Below are positions 11,307-23,900 of a stretch of DNA of 64,000 nt, in pieces. The first letter of the stretch is position 1. Every line of letters starts with the position of its first letter. Under the pieces are notes generated by a model. It was not told the DNA's origin. It saw only the letters and a list, made by a program, of their open reading frames with translations, and did not search any database. Source of the stretch: Phoronis australis (taxonomy: Eukaryota; Animalia; Phoronida); the NCBI GenBank assembly GCA_002633005.1, contig NMRA01000216.1, positions 177,499 to 241,498 of the forward strand, read 5' to 3'. A program made the position numbers and the translations under genes.

Positions 11307-14300
11307 TTATTTCTGCACTTTGGTGCGACTGCTCAAATGAACTGCTGGAGAGGAAGTCGGTGGAGTTTCAGGAATGTAGAACGGATCCAGCCGTTCCACA
11401 TCAGACGAGTCTAAATCCAACTGAGGCTTCACACCATAGGGGGTGGCAGGATGTGGATCTTTGTCAGTCCTCTGGAACAGTTTCAACTTATAGTCAGGCG
11501 TAATCATGGCTTGTTTGTTAATCTCAGCTGCGCGTTGCAGATATTGAAGTCTTGTGCTTGTTCCCTGTGATTCGCTGTCTCCCTCAACTTTTGAAAAACT
11601 AGTCTCTTGCAAGTTTGAGGCTTTTCTACCATGAACGTTGGATTGAGAGTGGAGATTTTTCATAGTAGAGTTGTTCTTAGGCGAGACAGCATGCAAGGTT
11701 TGGTTGCCATCAACGGAGAATGAAGTTTCTTTCATCTTTCTACCACTTCTTGGTGATTCATTTTTTCGAGGAGAGCGCTTACTAGGAGAAAAATCTCTTA
11801 TCGGTTTTGGCTGGAAGGAAGACAGACTAACCTTACGCCGACTCTGTGGAGTGACCTCACCAGTGAGGTCATCTTCATAATGCACCACAGCGCCTCCTTC
11901 AGAGTATTTTTCAGGCCTGGTCTCACCAGAACCGGACAACTGCTTGTTATGCTTCAAATCATGCATAGTTATGTCTTGTTGAACCACAGAACTGGTTTGC
12001 CTTCCATGAGGCACTTTGTGGGGCAAGGCAGAGGACAGCTTTTTGGCCCTTCTTCCAAGAACCTGAGGCTGAAGCTCTGCAACAGCTAAAGTGTGATCTT
12101 CGCCTGAACGATGATACAAAATTTCAGGTTCACCTTTATCTTTGGTTATATCCAAATCGAGCATTGATTTGTTGAGTTTCTTCTTGTACTTTCCCTTCTC
12201 TACCTTCGAATAAACATCCTGTTTGAGCTGCATGGAAAACAGACCTTTAGTTTTGCTCAGACTGGTTTCTAACTCGCTCATTTCCGATTCGTCCGTCGTT
12301 GTAAGTTCGGGTGTACTCTTACTTCTTTGTCTACGCAAGGTTCTAAATCGTGGAGGTTGCTCACTACACACGCTTGAAGGTTCGCGATCACCGGGAATGT
12401 AAACAGTTGTGTTCATTATTGCTGTCTTAATGCTCTCTTTATGGTGTTTCTCCACAGTGATTTCATGCAGTGACTTTCGACGACCCGAACTGTCAAGATC
12501 ATCAGATGACAATTCACCAGGCACATTGACAGCAGCTGGAGCCTCCTGGTGTCCACCTCCAGCATTTTCCACCTCTCGCACAATGGAAATCCCCTTCAGC
12601 GACTGCCTGTTTCCTGAGTCCTCTAACGGAATCACCACACTCACTTTACTTTTTTTTCTCCTCAAAGGAATTTTGTTAATGACTGAAATTCCCTCCAGAT
12701 TAGACTTAGATCCCGAGTTGTCCAATGGTATGGGTATCTCAACAGAGGGAATTCGCTCCATACTGTGCACCTCAATCTGTTTCAGGTTGGAATCACTGTG
12801 TGCCCTCTCAGCAGAGGTAGCAGCTTTGAGGCTAGACCACGATGGAATCCTTAGATTAGGGTTACTATTGAACTTGTCACGACTGTACACAACTCTTACA
12901 TCCTCGGATGTCAGCACTTTCATGCCCTCGGGCAGGGGTTCCTGCATGCATGGACGGACAGGAAACCGTTCACGCACCAGCTTCTTAACAGCAACATCCA
13001 AGGGAATCTTCATGTTGGCAAGGATGAAGCTCTTCCGCGTCATCTTCTGGGTGACAAAGACCTGAAGCTCCATCACCTTTTCAGACACGCTTGACTTGGT
13101 AATATGACTGTATTCCAAAGGCTTTGTGAACTTGAAGCTGCGAGGTTTGAAGATGGTCTGTATACTTAAGTGTTTGCTAACAGACTGTTTGGGTTCAATT
13201 TTTGTCCTGACAGACACAGGTGCCTGCAGTGGCACTTCCTCCGTTTTTCTCTTGCTGTTCTTCTTCTTGTCGGGGTAGATGTAACTCTTCACATAAATTG
13301 TGCTGATGTTTGAACTTTCCGCTGGAAATAGCAAAAGTAAAATTTGATGGCACTCCCAAACATGTGCAAAATTTACACACATTTGTCAACTGTGATATGT
13401 TAAATCTATGGAACAGTTTTTTTTTTTGGAGAACGCCTGCACTGCACTTGTTCATACAAATACATTGCACCCGTAGCTGTTCAATACAGGTGGGAATCTG
13501 GAAGTTGCTGATAGAACACGTTCAGATTCATTGTGCAATTTTATAGCAACACAGAGTGTGTTTTCACATGTGCACTGCGTTTGTTCATACTAAAATATAT
13601 ATGTGAATGCCTTGTAACTGTCACTGTACCAACGCACATGTGAATCTAAAAGTCCTTCTCATTGCAAATGTTTATACTCTGTGGTTCTAGCGGTAGATTA
13701 TAATATAGATTCTGCCACGGGTACCACCAAAAAATTTTACGGCTCTTCAGCGTGTTATATCGATGTTTTTTGGATTCATGCTTGCATTATACAGTGATGA
13801 TTGCAAAGCACTTGCATGATGGAATGTGTTGCACAGATTCTCAAAATAACACCAAATTTGCTTTTCCATGTTCAATTCCAGTATCATAGCTACCACCAGA
13901 CCATATTTTGAACAATGAAAAATGGAAAAAAGGAGATTTTAGCAATTATTTTTGTCCAAAATTGGTGAGATTTTACAGGATAGTCAAAATACTGTGCAAA
14001 GCCTTGTCACAATTGTAAAAAAGAGATCACAAAAAATGTTCACAAATCAACTGCAGAGAACACTTGTTTCTGAAAAAAATTCTTTTTTTTGTCGGTTGAC
14101 AATAACCCTCTCATAAATCTCAAATCTGGGAGCAAAAGGCAATAGCAGCCAATCTGGGAAAATGGCAGTTAAAAAGTAGACATAATTATGCTTGCAGCCA
14201 GGTGGCACTAAGGGTCACAGATCCCACATAATCTGTGGCAATTGCTTCAGAGATGTCTTTCTATTTACAAACATTTGGGACTTTAAACTAAAAACTTTAA

Positions 14301-17300
14301 CCTCAGCAGCCTGACCTAGAAAAAGAGGGGCTGAGCCGGCAACCTCAAAATTTTACTAGACAGTAGAGACTCAACTAAAAACTGACCAATCGTATGGCAC
14401 CCTTTGAGAAAATGCTTACGATTTCCGGCAAGGTTTGTTATCTTCCAAGTCGAGTTTCGAGTAAAGTTCATTGTCCACGAGCCCAGTGTGCGTTACACAA
14501 GACTAGTTACTTGTACGTTTGCAGAGATTAAACAAGTGCCTGCAATGAATGGCTAGTGTTTCGCAACCTTACCACCATATCCGAGCAAAATGGCTGATAC
14601 TGAAATGATTGATGGTGAGATTGGAATGTCACATTTTGGGACAAAATTATAAACAAACACACTATAATTCTGTACTACAGTCATGATTTCTCACAAGTGT
14701 CTGATATAGGGTGAGTATAGTGATATGGAAAACATCTGCTTTGGGTTCACACCAACTTACGCGGAGGAAGCAAGAGGTCCGAGATCTGCCATACTCTCAC
14801 TTTGAGAGTCTCCTTCTTGATATTGTACTCAAATGATAACTGCAAATAAGCAGCAACTGAAACGTGAAAATAAGACGCATCAGATATAAAGTCGACTATG
14901 TGTGCCAACACTTTCAGAAAAAGAAATAGTCATAATTAAAATAACGGATTGTTACATGGAATATGTTTCAAGAAAGAAAATTACAACGTTCAAAGAAAAA
15001 ACACCCAAAATCCCTTTAGTGTCTTCTGATCATGATTTTTGTGAATAATTAGAATTACAACGTGTGAAGAGTTTTTTAAATTGTCTTGGAGGTATTCAGA
15101 CAAAATGACCCGGAATTTCCAAACAAGACGGCTGGGCAGAAGCTTTAAAACTTGCCTTATTTCAAGACTTGATATTTTGTGAGGATCACAAAATTAAATT
15201 AAAACATTCGACACTCGCCATCTTGTGGGACACAGTCGTATTCAAGTTTACCTAGTAAGCACTGCTCAATACAACTTTTATGACAAAACTAATGGAGATT
15301 AATACAACTGAACTAGTCGTTGTATTCATGTTGCCCAACAGAAGACTCCAAATAAGTTTTGCTTCCTTTAGTCATGCAGGGGCATGTTTCAAAATGCTAG
15401 AGGAGCTATAAAATCTGGTCTTATGGAACCAGAACACTTAGTTAACATTCAATTCTCTCCGATAGTTTAACACCACCACAATTCCATTCCTATGATCTTA
15501 CACGATCTTGTCCAATACACTCCTGGGCCTGCAATCCATTCTCTTTCAATGTATTTTTGAAAAGAAGATTAAATCTGAAGATGAACAAATTTCACATAGC
15601 ACACTGCACCCATGATACAAGTTAAACCTACCAACATCACTTTTGGTATCTGCCTTGCTCTGAGAGCCCCATGCCTTCTCTGGAGCCCTATTGGTCGAAG
15701 AGGACAGGGGAATAATGTCAGTGTCATCAATCTCTCCACCTTCACTAGCGATTGGCTTGTCACGAACTTTTTGAGCCAGAATAGCTTCTTGCCTGGCTTC
15801 CTCTCTTGAAAGCTTGATTAAATCTTGAACTCCTGTTAGATGTCAAGATAAAACGCGTCTTAATAATAATGTGTATTGACATATAACTACAGAATGTGGA
15901 GACTGTGGATCAATGATTTGAGCTCCGGACTCCCGTTTGGAAGACCCGGGTTCGAATCCTAGCCTCACTAGCAGACAATCAAGCATTCCACAAAGGTGTC
16001 TCCTACTCCTCTGAGCTCGGTCTTACTAGTGAACGTATGAAAGGGAATTAATGAGAACCTGGATATAATGCGAAAGCGATTTCTTGTGACCTTTGCCAAT
16101 TTCAAAATCAGATTTACATCTTTCATAAAATCTGAAGTGTTTTAGTTTCAACAAACTTATTTCAGAAATCAGTACCCTTTAGATAGCTTTTTTAAATAGA
16201 TCCTTGCTCATTTCTGACGTAACTTCACTATTTTCTGGAACTGGTCACTTAAACAAAACACGAACTTTAATTTAGAATTAATCACATATTTAGTTAATGT
16301 TTCATTGCACTTTTATTCAAGTGACAATGGACGGAGTCCACCATCCTCTTACTTTTCCTCTGCAAAATCTCTTCACATGCATCACTGGCGACATCTAGAG
16401 GTGATTGGCCATCCAGATTCTGTATGCTGTAAGATGCGCCAGCATTGAGCAAAGCTTCAACGCATTTGACGTGACCTTCCCGGGCAGCATGGTGCAGTGC
16501 TGTACAGCCCCTCAATCGGTCTTTATGGTTTGGATCCCCTGTAACATCAATGGGTAGTAATAAAGGCTTCTTCATACAAGTACAGTACAGACAAAAGTAA
16601 CCAGGAAAATTACCTTTTCTCCATCGTGATGGCTAATTCCGTTAACCGCAATACTGACCGGCACTAACCATTAAGGAGGAAAATTCTAATTAGAGAATGG
16701 CTTGGCCACCTTTTTAACTTTGCTGCTAATTCCTCAGTTTATTCTCTGTCATGAGGGAAGACTACAATGACAGAGAATTCGGCTTCCACCCAACAATCAA
16801 GTCGGGGAATTCAGGGTCATTTTGTCTGAATACTTTAGGCCTGTACTGTAGATATGTAAGTGGTACGAGAAAAGTCAGGTAGCCAAAAGTTTTTGGAAAT
16901 AATGGGAGTTTTTGGAACGCTGAGATTTCTGGTGAATACATTCCATTTCAAGGACAGAGTTCTTGTATAATTTAACTAAAATAATGTCAAAATAATGATA
17001 GAAAAGAGACAAAAAAGAGGAAACAAGAAACCAAATAACAGGAAATCAAAACCCAAAAATAAGAAATCCTCTTAAAAGAGGAAAATTCCAAGCCCTTGTC
17101 TGAACAGTTTTGGCTTGTACAATATATAATTTTTGAGAGTTCACTACATGTTGTAGATCTTTTTCCACTTTTTACTAACAGTATACGTCACATCAGATGT
17201 GCAATTCTCCTTTACAATAGGAAGGGCATAAAAGCAACTTATGCTTGCAGTTGATCAAAGCACGCCGAGTTGACCAAGACAAAATGGTACTTCGTTCGTT

Positions 17301-19337
17301 AAAAAATTGCAATATTGGCTTTATGCATCCAACCAACCCCCAATACCCCATTGTTTGCACTCACTGCATCCACATCACTGAACTGAACTGCAGGTGGCGC
17401 TAAATGATTGTCCATACTCAACCATCATCCAGCAACACAGTGAATCTTATATGTGAATTGTAGTTGGCGCCGAAAGATGGTCCACCACTACTTCAGCTTC
17501 AGTGTTATATGAAATGTTACTTTCTAGGCAAAAACCAAATACACTATAACACTTTTAATCATTTTTCCTGCTTTATTATTTAGTGTTATGATAATATAAC
17601 AACTACATTGGGACATCCAATTTCACACAATGGCGAGTGTCGAGTGTTTTGCTTTAATTTTGTGACAATATCGAGCTGTAAAACAAGGCAAATTTTAATA
17701 CTTCACTAATATTTCATCTTAAAGTTATCCATTTTTGACCGACTGACAGAGTGCTCAAAACAAATCCAAGAACACAATGCACAATTTTTATTCGTCACAA
17801 TAAGCCTACCTTTGCTTTTCAACAAGAGTCTGAGTATCTTGATATCTCCATTCTGCGCAGCCTCATGTAGCGGGCTCCACATGAACATGCCAATAACATT
17901 TGGATCACAGCCATCTTGTAGGGCGTCTTTTGTATCTTCGTAGTCACCATATCTGCAACCATTAAATGAGCTGATAGTTGGTACCAAATTTAAAGTATTA
18001 AAAAAGACCATAAACATACTGTAATCATCTGGATATGAAAAATTTTCGATCAAAACTTTTGGAACGTGTCGTAATACAATCTTCCTGTCAAAGGACGAGA
18101 CAGAAAATTTGAGTCTGATCAGATGCCATGTTCAGAATGCTACATAGGAGGACTCCACAATAATTGTTCCTTTACTTCCACTGAAACACGTGACCAGTAA
18201 AAATCAGGATGTTCTCACTTATGAGAAAAGTTCAAAGAAAACAAACAAATTATTCAATTTCTAAAACGAAAGACAATTTAGGATTCCTAGCATAAACCAT
18301 CATAGCTAATTGAAACATAACTTCACCAAAATTGTTTCACATTATTTTCAACCATCCACCATTCTTAAAGCGGAATGGCCCATTTCAGAATAACCATTCC
18401 GGGCTAGGCTATTCAGAATCAATAGGGACAGAAAAACAATCATCTTCTCAACCAAGGCCATTAATTCTTCATTAATCTGTGTTTAGCTACATAGGCCAAC
18501 TGGGACAAACATGACCAAGAGCAGGGCCTTGAATATCAATGTGGGTGAATGACGCCCATGATGGACTTTTTCACGCCGCCATGCCCAAAATGACTAGCCA
18601 GGGCATTCTTACCTGTGAACTGTGACACTGAATGGTGTTGTAAATGACTACCACTTTACCTAATGAGTTCAAAGTAAAATTTGGAAACTTTTGACATACG
18701 TAGTCTTGTTAGCAAACACAAATTACAGCATAGACTATAGTATATGGACCGTTAACACATATTTTCAATGGATGAAATCTGCCGTGATGTCATTATTCAC
18801 AAGTGACACCTGGCAAAATTAGGAAGTTTTACTTCCAGCAAGTACGTCGCCTGCTAATCATGGTTGGTTGTGGTGTGGTCGGGTGTTCGGCGAAATGTAA
18901 GTTTCCACAGCACTGAAGTTTGAATTTTGCAAGACTTTGAAAAGCATTTCAAGACTTTGAAAAGCATTTCAATGTTGAAATTATTTTTTTTTTGTACTAG
19001 ACAGCGAAATAGATGCAAGAATTTCCCATCACAATACACTAACCGGAAACTGAAATTGGTAATTTAGGAGGGTGGATATTTCACAAGAAAATGTTGGAGT
19101 TGTGAATCTATTGTATATAATCTACGATTACAAGGACAAAATATATCTGTTCAATACAACATTTGTTACGACCTTCCTTCTCACTCATGATCAATTGTCT
19201 CATTTATGATCAATTATCTGACACCTCGTTCTTTAGCAATAAACAACACTAAATTAGTGAGACCTCTGATGCCAAAGAGCTTATTACCTTACAGCAACAT
19301 GCAAAGCTGTGTCTGTATAATCGCTGTCCAAGCCCAT
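11307..19337 (-). CDS. Ankyrin-repeat + C2-domain protein with long Ser/Lys-rich disordered C-terminus (~896 aa, 6 coding exons)
   Basis: Exons 19337-19288, 17952-17810, 16538-16353, 15832-15632, 14856-14761, 13321-11307 are GT-AG with matching phases (2691 nt). Three ankyrin repeats (TALHVAVRYG, SPLHEAAQNG, TALHHAAREG) plus SPLDVA. C2 strands LQLSFEY..ETLKVRVWQISDL..IYVKSYIYPDKKKNSKRKT..MELQVFV..ILANMKIPL. An in-frame TGA lies two codons upstream of the ATG. Confidence 0.85.
15896..15968 (+). mobile_element. tRNA-derived SINE head
   Basis: A-box-like tggatcaatg and B-box ggttcgaatcc (15949-15959); no complete cloverleaf. Confidence 0.55.
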
Positions 19338-20033
19338 CACTCATAACTGAAAAATAACAACATCAGATAGCACTAAGTACACGACTGTGTGGAGCTGGGT
19401 ATGAAGAGCAATTGACAGGTGAACAAGTCATGAGGTACAACAATATTGCATTTCCTACACAGTGACTCTTAATGTTTCTCACCAGCTGGGATTTGAAAAG
19501 TGCTAACCAACATGTTCACTCTTACGGCACTCATCTTTTATTTGACCATTCTCGTGCATGGCATGTAGCTCTGGGCAACTGTCATCGTTAGGGACGTATA
19601 ATCAAATTTGACATAAGAAACAAAATTGTGAAAAAATACCAGGCACATACATGTAGGTAACAGTCCACACTACACCGTATGCCGACTTAATGATAAGTAC
19701 TGTACTACGGACTAAGGATTCTCGTGACCAACGACTCGACGTACAGTATGATAAACACCTAGATTGACTTCCAGGGTGATCTGTTTCAATGTTATTGAAC
19801 CATCTATCTATAGTCACAAAATAGATATTTAAGTGACTTCAGATTCAGTGCAGTAGTGAGGCTAAGGCACACGTATGCGCAGCCAACCACATTTTTACAT
19901 TTGAACGTTGCGCCTACGCACCGTAACTTACGTTCAGTGCTAAAGGTGATACCACTACAGCACTGTTCAGATTTCATCAGTATAAACTTCGCAAACGCCG
20001 TGGCAGTATCTGATACATAAGCCTGGCGGCACA

Positions 20034-20143
20034 GGTCAGATATAGCGGTCTCGGATTTAGAGAACCAGACAGTCACTAAATAATGGGCCCGTTACTTAGT
20101 GGATGAAACTGGTTCTCTAAATCCGGGACCGCTATATCCAACC
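20034..20143. mobile_element. ~110-bp hairpin element (GGTCGGATATA...GAGAACCAG family), copy 1
   Basis: 28-bp arms tatagcggtctcggatttagagaaccag / ctggttctctaaatccgggaccgctata. Homologous to 28091-28193 and 54948-55057. Confidence 0.75.
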
Positions 20144-20436
20144 GGCGATCAGTGTGTAGCCTGGCAGAAGTAAAATTATTCAACTGAGAATTATTTTTAA
20201 AAATATGGCTGCAGAATTTTCAAACTTGCTCTTAACTTTGGAGGATTGACAACAGGAACTGAGCTTTATTCCCATCTAATGATCTAAATTAGCAACTAGC
20301 AGTTAGTATCTACTAATAGTCCAAAACCGTGTTAAGTATGCTTTTAACTTTAAATTTTGAGAAATTAAAAGGAGTGCCCTCCTGAGTCCTGCTTCAATTA
20401 ACAGTTTCCTTTCACTGCCCTGAGCAATTCTCTAAC

Positions 20437-20955
20437 CTGTAAGCATGACCTTCTCCTGTTTTTCTCGGAAATTTCAACAGATCGTAAACATAACCAAGTA
20501 ACCAAGATGCTAATTAAATAACGTTACAGAAGTGGACATTCCATCACAGGACACAGCCATGTTGATATGGACGCCATTTATTGAATCATCCAGTCATGTA
20601 AAACGTCGTCTACAGAAAAGTCAAAATATTGCATTTAAAATAATATAGAAAGACAAAAAGTGTCAAGCGAAAGGTTTAATTTAATTTTAGAACATATGTT
20701 CATATTTCAAGCTTAAAGACTATGAAACTATAAAACATGCCGATTATCGTTTTTTACACGACACATCGGTAGAATGCGCCAAACATGGTGCGCACAGGGG
20801 CAGCATTGCATTGTGGTTAGTTTAAATGGCCGACTCGTATACCGTGTGAAGCTCATGTAAAGTTGTTTATAGAACGTTGTTGAGTGCATGTGAAACAATA
20901 GTTTAACACCAACAATACCAGGTCACATTGAAAGAAAAGGGATTGTCTCACTCTG
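20437..20955. promoter_or_regulatory. Probable bidirectional promoter between the ANK-C2 gene and CTDNEP1
   Basis: Divergent genes; YY1-like ATGGC motifs on both strands (cagccatgttg ~20553, acgccattt ~20571, aaatggccgac ~20824); candidate minus-strand donor CAG|GTTAGA at 20436 for a non-coding first exon. Confidence 0.45.
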
Positions 20956-23900
20956 ATGTGGAAAGTATTTGTTATGGGCATTCGGGGATTCTTCTTACTT
21001 GCAGCTAAAATATGGAGTTTCATTTGCTACTGTGTTCGGAGGCAAATTCGAGCGGTAGGTAACACCGGTTCTGGAATGTTGTCACTCTGTGTGATGTTAC
21101 GTTTCTAAATAAGTGTTTTTATGCGGTGTAATATTCTGTACGTCGATTTCATAATGAAGTTTGGTTAATTCTGAGCTCATATACTGCGACAAAGTCACTG
21201 ACAATGACATGGTTGTTACTTCTGCTCACTCATTCACAGTACTACTCAGTACACGGTGTTCATTCAGTTTCATTTTGTAATTTTTGTTGTTTGCGTGAAA
21301 TATTATGCTTGTTATGTGATTCCCTCATTATGGAACTTTTCAACATTTTGATGCTTGGAAATTAGAAAGTCTGTTAAAATGATGTGTATTTGTACCCTGG
21401 TGGCACTCTTAAAATGCTGCACTTCGAGCTAATGAATTCTGACTAGCTTGAGCAGAGAGTTAGTCATAAGGTATAATGTGTAATGCTGAAATTCAAAAGA
21501 ATTTGATGAATTGCTTTACTGTCATCAAGAAGGCCGAGTCTGGTAATGCTAGGCCTAAAATATTTTAAAATGTCATTTGCAATTGTCCATAACGTTTCAC
21601 CATTATTCAGTGATTAGTCGACAAACAACACTTGTAACTAGTATTGCTTATTTTTTCATTGACTTCCAATGACGACAGCAACCTATTCTTCATCTTCCTA
21701 GTTGTAATGTGCAATTAAGATGAGGTAAAAATAAATAGATTAGAAATTAATGAAAACTTAAGCGGCTCCAAACGTTTTGTCAATTTAGAGAAATTAAATT
21801 TATTGGTCTCAACTTGTTCAATCTTTCTTCAGGTGAGAAGTGGTTTCTGGGCTCATAAAGTACTAACCATTCGTTATTCCTTGAGACCATGGTCGGTGCA
21901 TAAAATAAGACGCCATGACAACCCAACGTGTAGCGCGCCTGGTCTCAAGTGATAGCGATCAACTCTTTGCTAGCCCTGAAAGTGAGAAACAACTTGACAC
22001 CAGTTTCATAACGCTAAGTCTTCTAATTGACCAATCACAAGCTCTGCCCCCTTGGGTAATGTCGAGTAACAAAAAATAAGTTTTACCTGGCAACGTGATG
22101 TTTGTCGGGTAAAATGGCAGCTTGTAAACGAAGGTGTGTCAATAATGCGTTCTAAATAGTCAATTTTAAAAGCTGTCACTCTTGGTAATAGACCAATTCA
22201 ATGATTTTTTCTTGTGGGGAAAGCGATTTTATAGCAACTTCATATTTTTTCTTTCTACTAAATTTTTGTTACTGTTTACAAAATTATTACTCGTTCTAAA
22301 ATGCACAATTCATTTGAGTCAGCTGTCGACTGACAAATTCAATTTTGTTGTTTACATCCCCTGTACTTTTGTTGTTTCAGAGTATACAACACCAAACAGT
22401 GCGCTATGAAGTTGTTCCGTTATCTCCACTTTTAAAGCATAGACTTAGTAAGTATTTCTCCATTGGTTATCTGGGTTTTTTCCATTTGACTCTTCTTGGT
22501 AACAAGTTTGGATGTTGTCAAGATGAGTTTGACTCATTAATATAGAATTTGAATTGACATCATAATGAGTTTGAACTGCAAGGAGATTAGTAATTTCTTC
22601 AGCGAAACGGGACATTTTGGATTTTTGTCACCAGATCGATAAGCACTGGAGTTTTGAGCTTGGTCATGAATTTTGTAATTTTTCCTCGTCAAGTTTGAAT
22701 TTTCTGTTGGTTTAGAGCTGTTGTATTAAAACATTGCTATTCTGGACCTCCCTGAAAGTTCTCCACTTGACTAATTAAATTAATGAACTAAGAATTATGC
22801 ACGACTTCAAACCAAATGCAGGTTAGTGGTGTGTAGAATGAATGAAAGTTTAATACAAATCAGTAGTCTCGATTCGGAAGTGTTGAAGTCTCCTCTTCTG
22901 TGGAAGCAGAATATCGCATGGTACAATCGATCTAGTTTTTTATAGGTTAGGCAGCCCAAGAGGGCTAAGAAAAGTTTTTTCTGTGTCCTAACCAGCTTAT
23001 CAATATTTTGGTGTTGACATTGCAGCCGCTCAGCAGAGATAAAACTTTTCTAGTATTTGAATGCTTTAAACTTGTGTTTAGCAAATCAGCAGTGAACAAC
23101 TGAGATAAGTGCCCTCTTGGCCCTAATTGTTGTAAATGCTGCAGAATTATAGAGGGCGCTGTGGTATTTCTGATTGTGTCCATCGCCGTAATCACATGAC
23201 GTTGAAAAAAGTCATTTCTAGTTGGCGCGGATTTGTTATGTAGCCAACAGGAAATATTTTAAATTCAGGTCTTTATCATTGTGATAACGCAAAAGCGTTG
23301 TTGGCTTGACCCAATGTGTAATTCTGGTGAGCGAGGCGGGATGAGCTGAAAGAGTCAAAACGCAATTTGTTTTGTGAACAGACATTTCGAGTCATTTGGC
23401 ATTTTTGTGCGAATCATTTAAATATTGCACGACACAACAGTGACGATTTGACTGCACGATGGTCTCAAAGAATGGTAAAAAATGCTGGGAAATGTCCTAT
23501 GCACTAAAGCCATTCAAGAATCCAGAACGCTGTCTACCAACTAAACTATCGCCATCTAGTGACAAGGTGTATTTCATCATGATGCCGATGCATCAAAATA
23601 TGCTTGTTGGGTATTAAACTCGGCTTATGCCTGTGGAAGTTAGGTACACAGATGGAGACTATTTTTGTTGGCAATAGCCACTTGTAGAAGTTCCGAACCA
23701 GTTTGATGATAATTATTAAGTAGAGAAAACTTGTTCTTGAAATACACGACCTCTATAAAGTGCCGTCCACGCACGGGCCTACCCTAGAACAAGTTACTCC
23801 TGGAATGAGTTGTCGCTAGGTTTGGGGGCAGTGTGGACGCTATTTAAACTAGTGCAACTTACCCCACTTGTGACAACTTACTCCACCTTATCGATGGAGG

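Noticed and set aside
11671-13065. Plus-strand ORFs (up to 218 aa) overlapping the large ANK-C2 exon
   Set aside because: Antisense shadows of a coding exon with no recognisable motifs.
13322-13382. N-terminal 20 aa of the 691-aa ORF
   Set aside because: This is intronic read-through upstream of the acceptor at 13322-13323; the real exon starts at 13321.
15896-15968. Possible tRNA gene (also 47131-47205)
   Set aside because: A/B boxes are present, but the acceptor and anticodon stems do not pair properly and there is no poly-T terminator; treated as SINE heads.
18613-18659. Possible 47-nt poison exon in an ANK-C2 intron (strong CAG|GTAAG donor)
   Set aside because: The acceptor is weak and nothing else supports it; it cannot be separated from chance without RNA data.
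23459-23617. Short ORF in CTDNEP1 intron 2 as an alternative first exon
   Set aside because: The candidate donor is weak and in the wrong phase for exon 3, and there is no homology.
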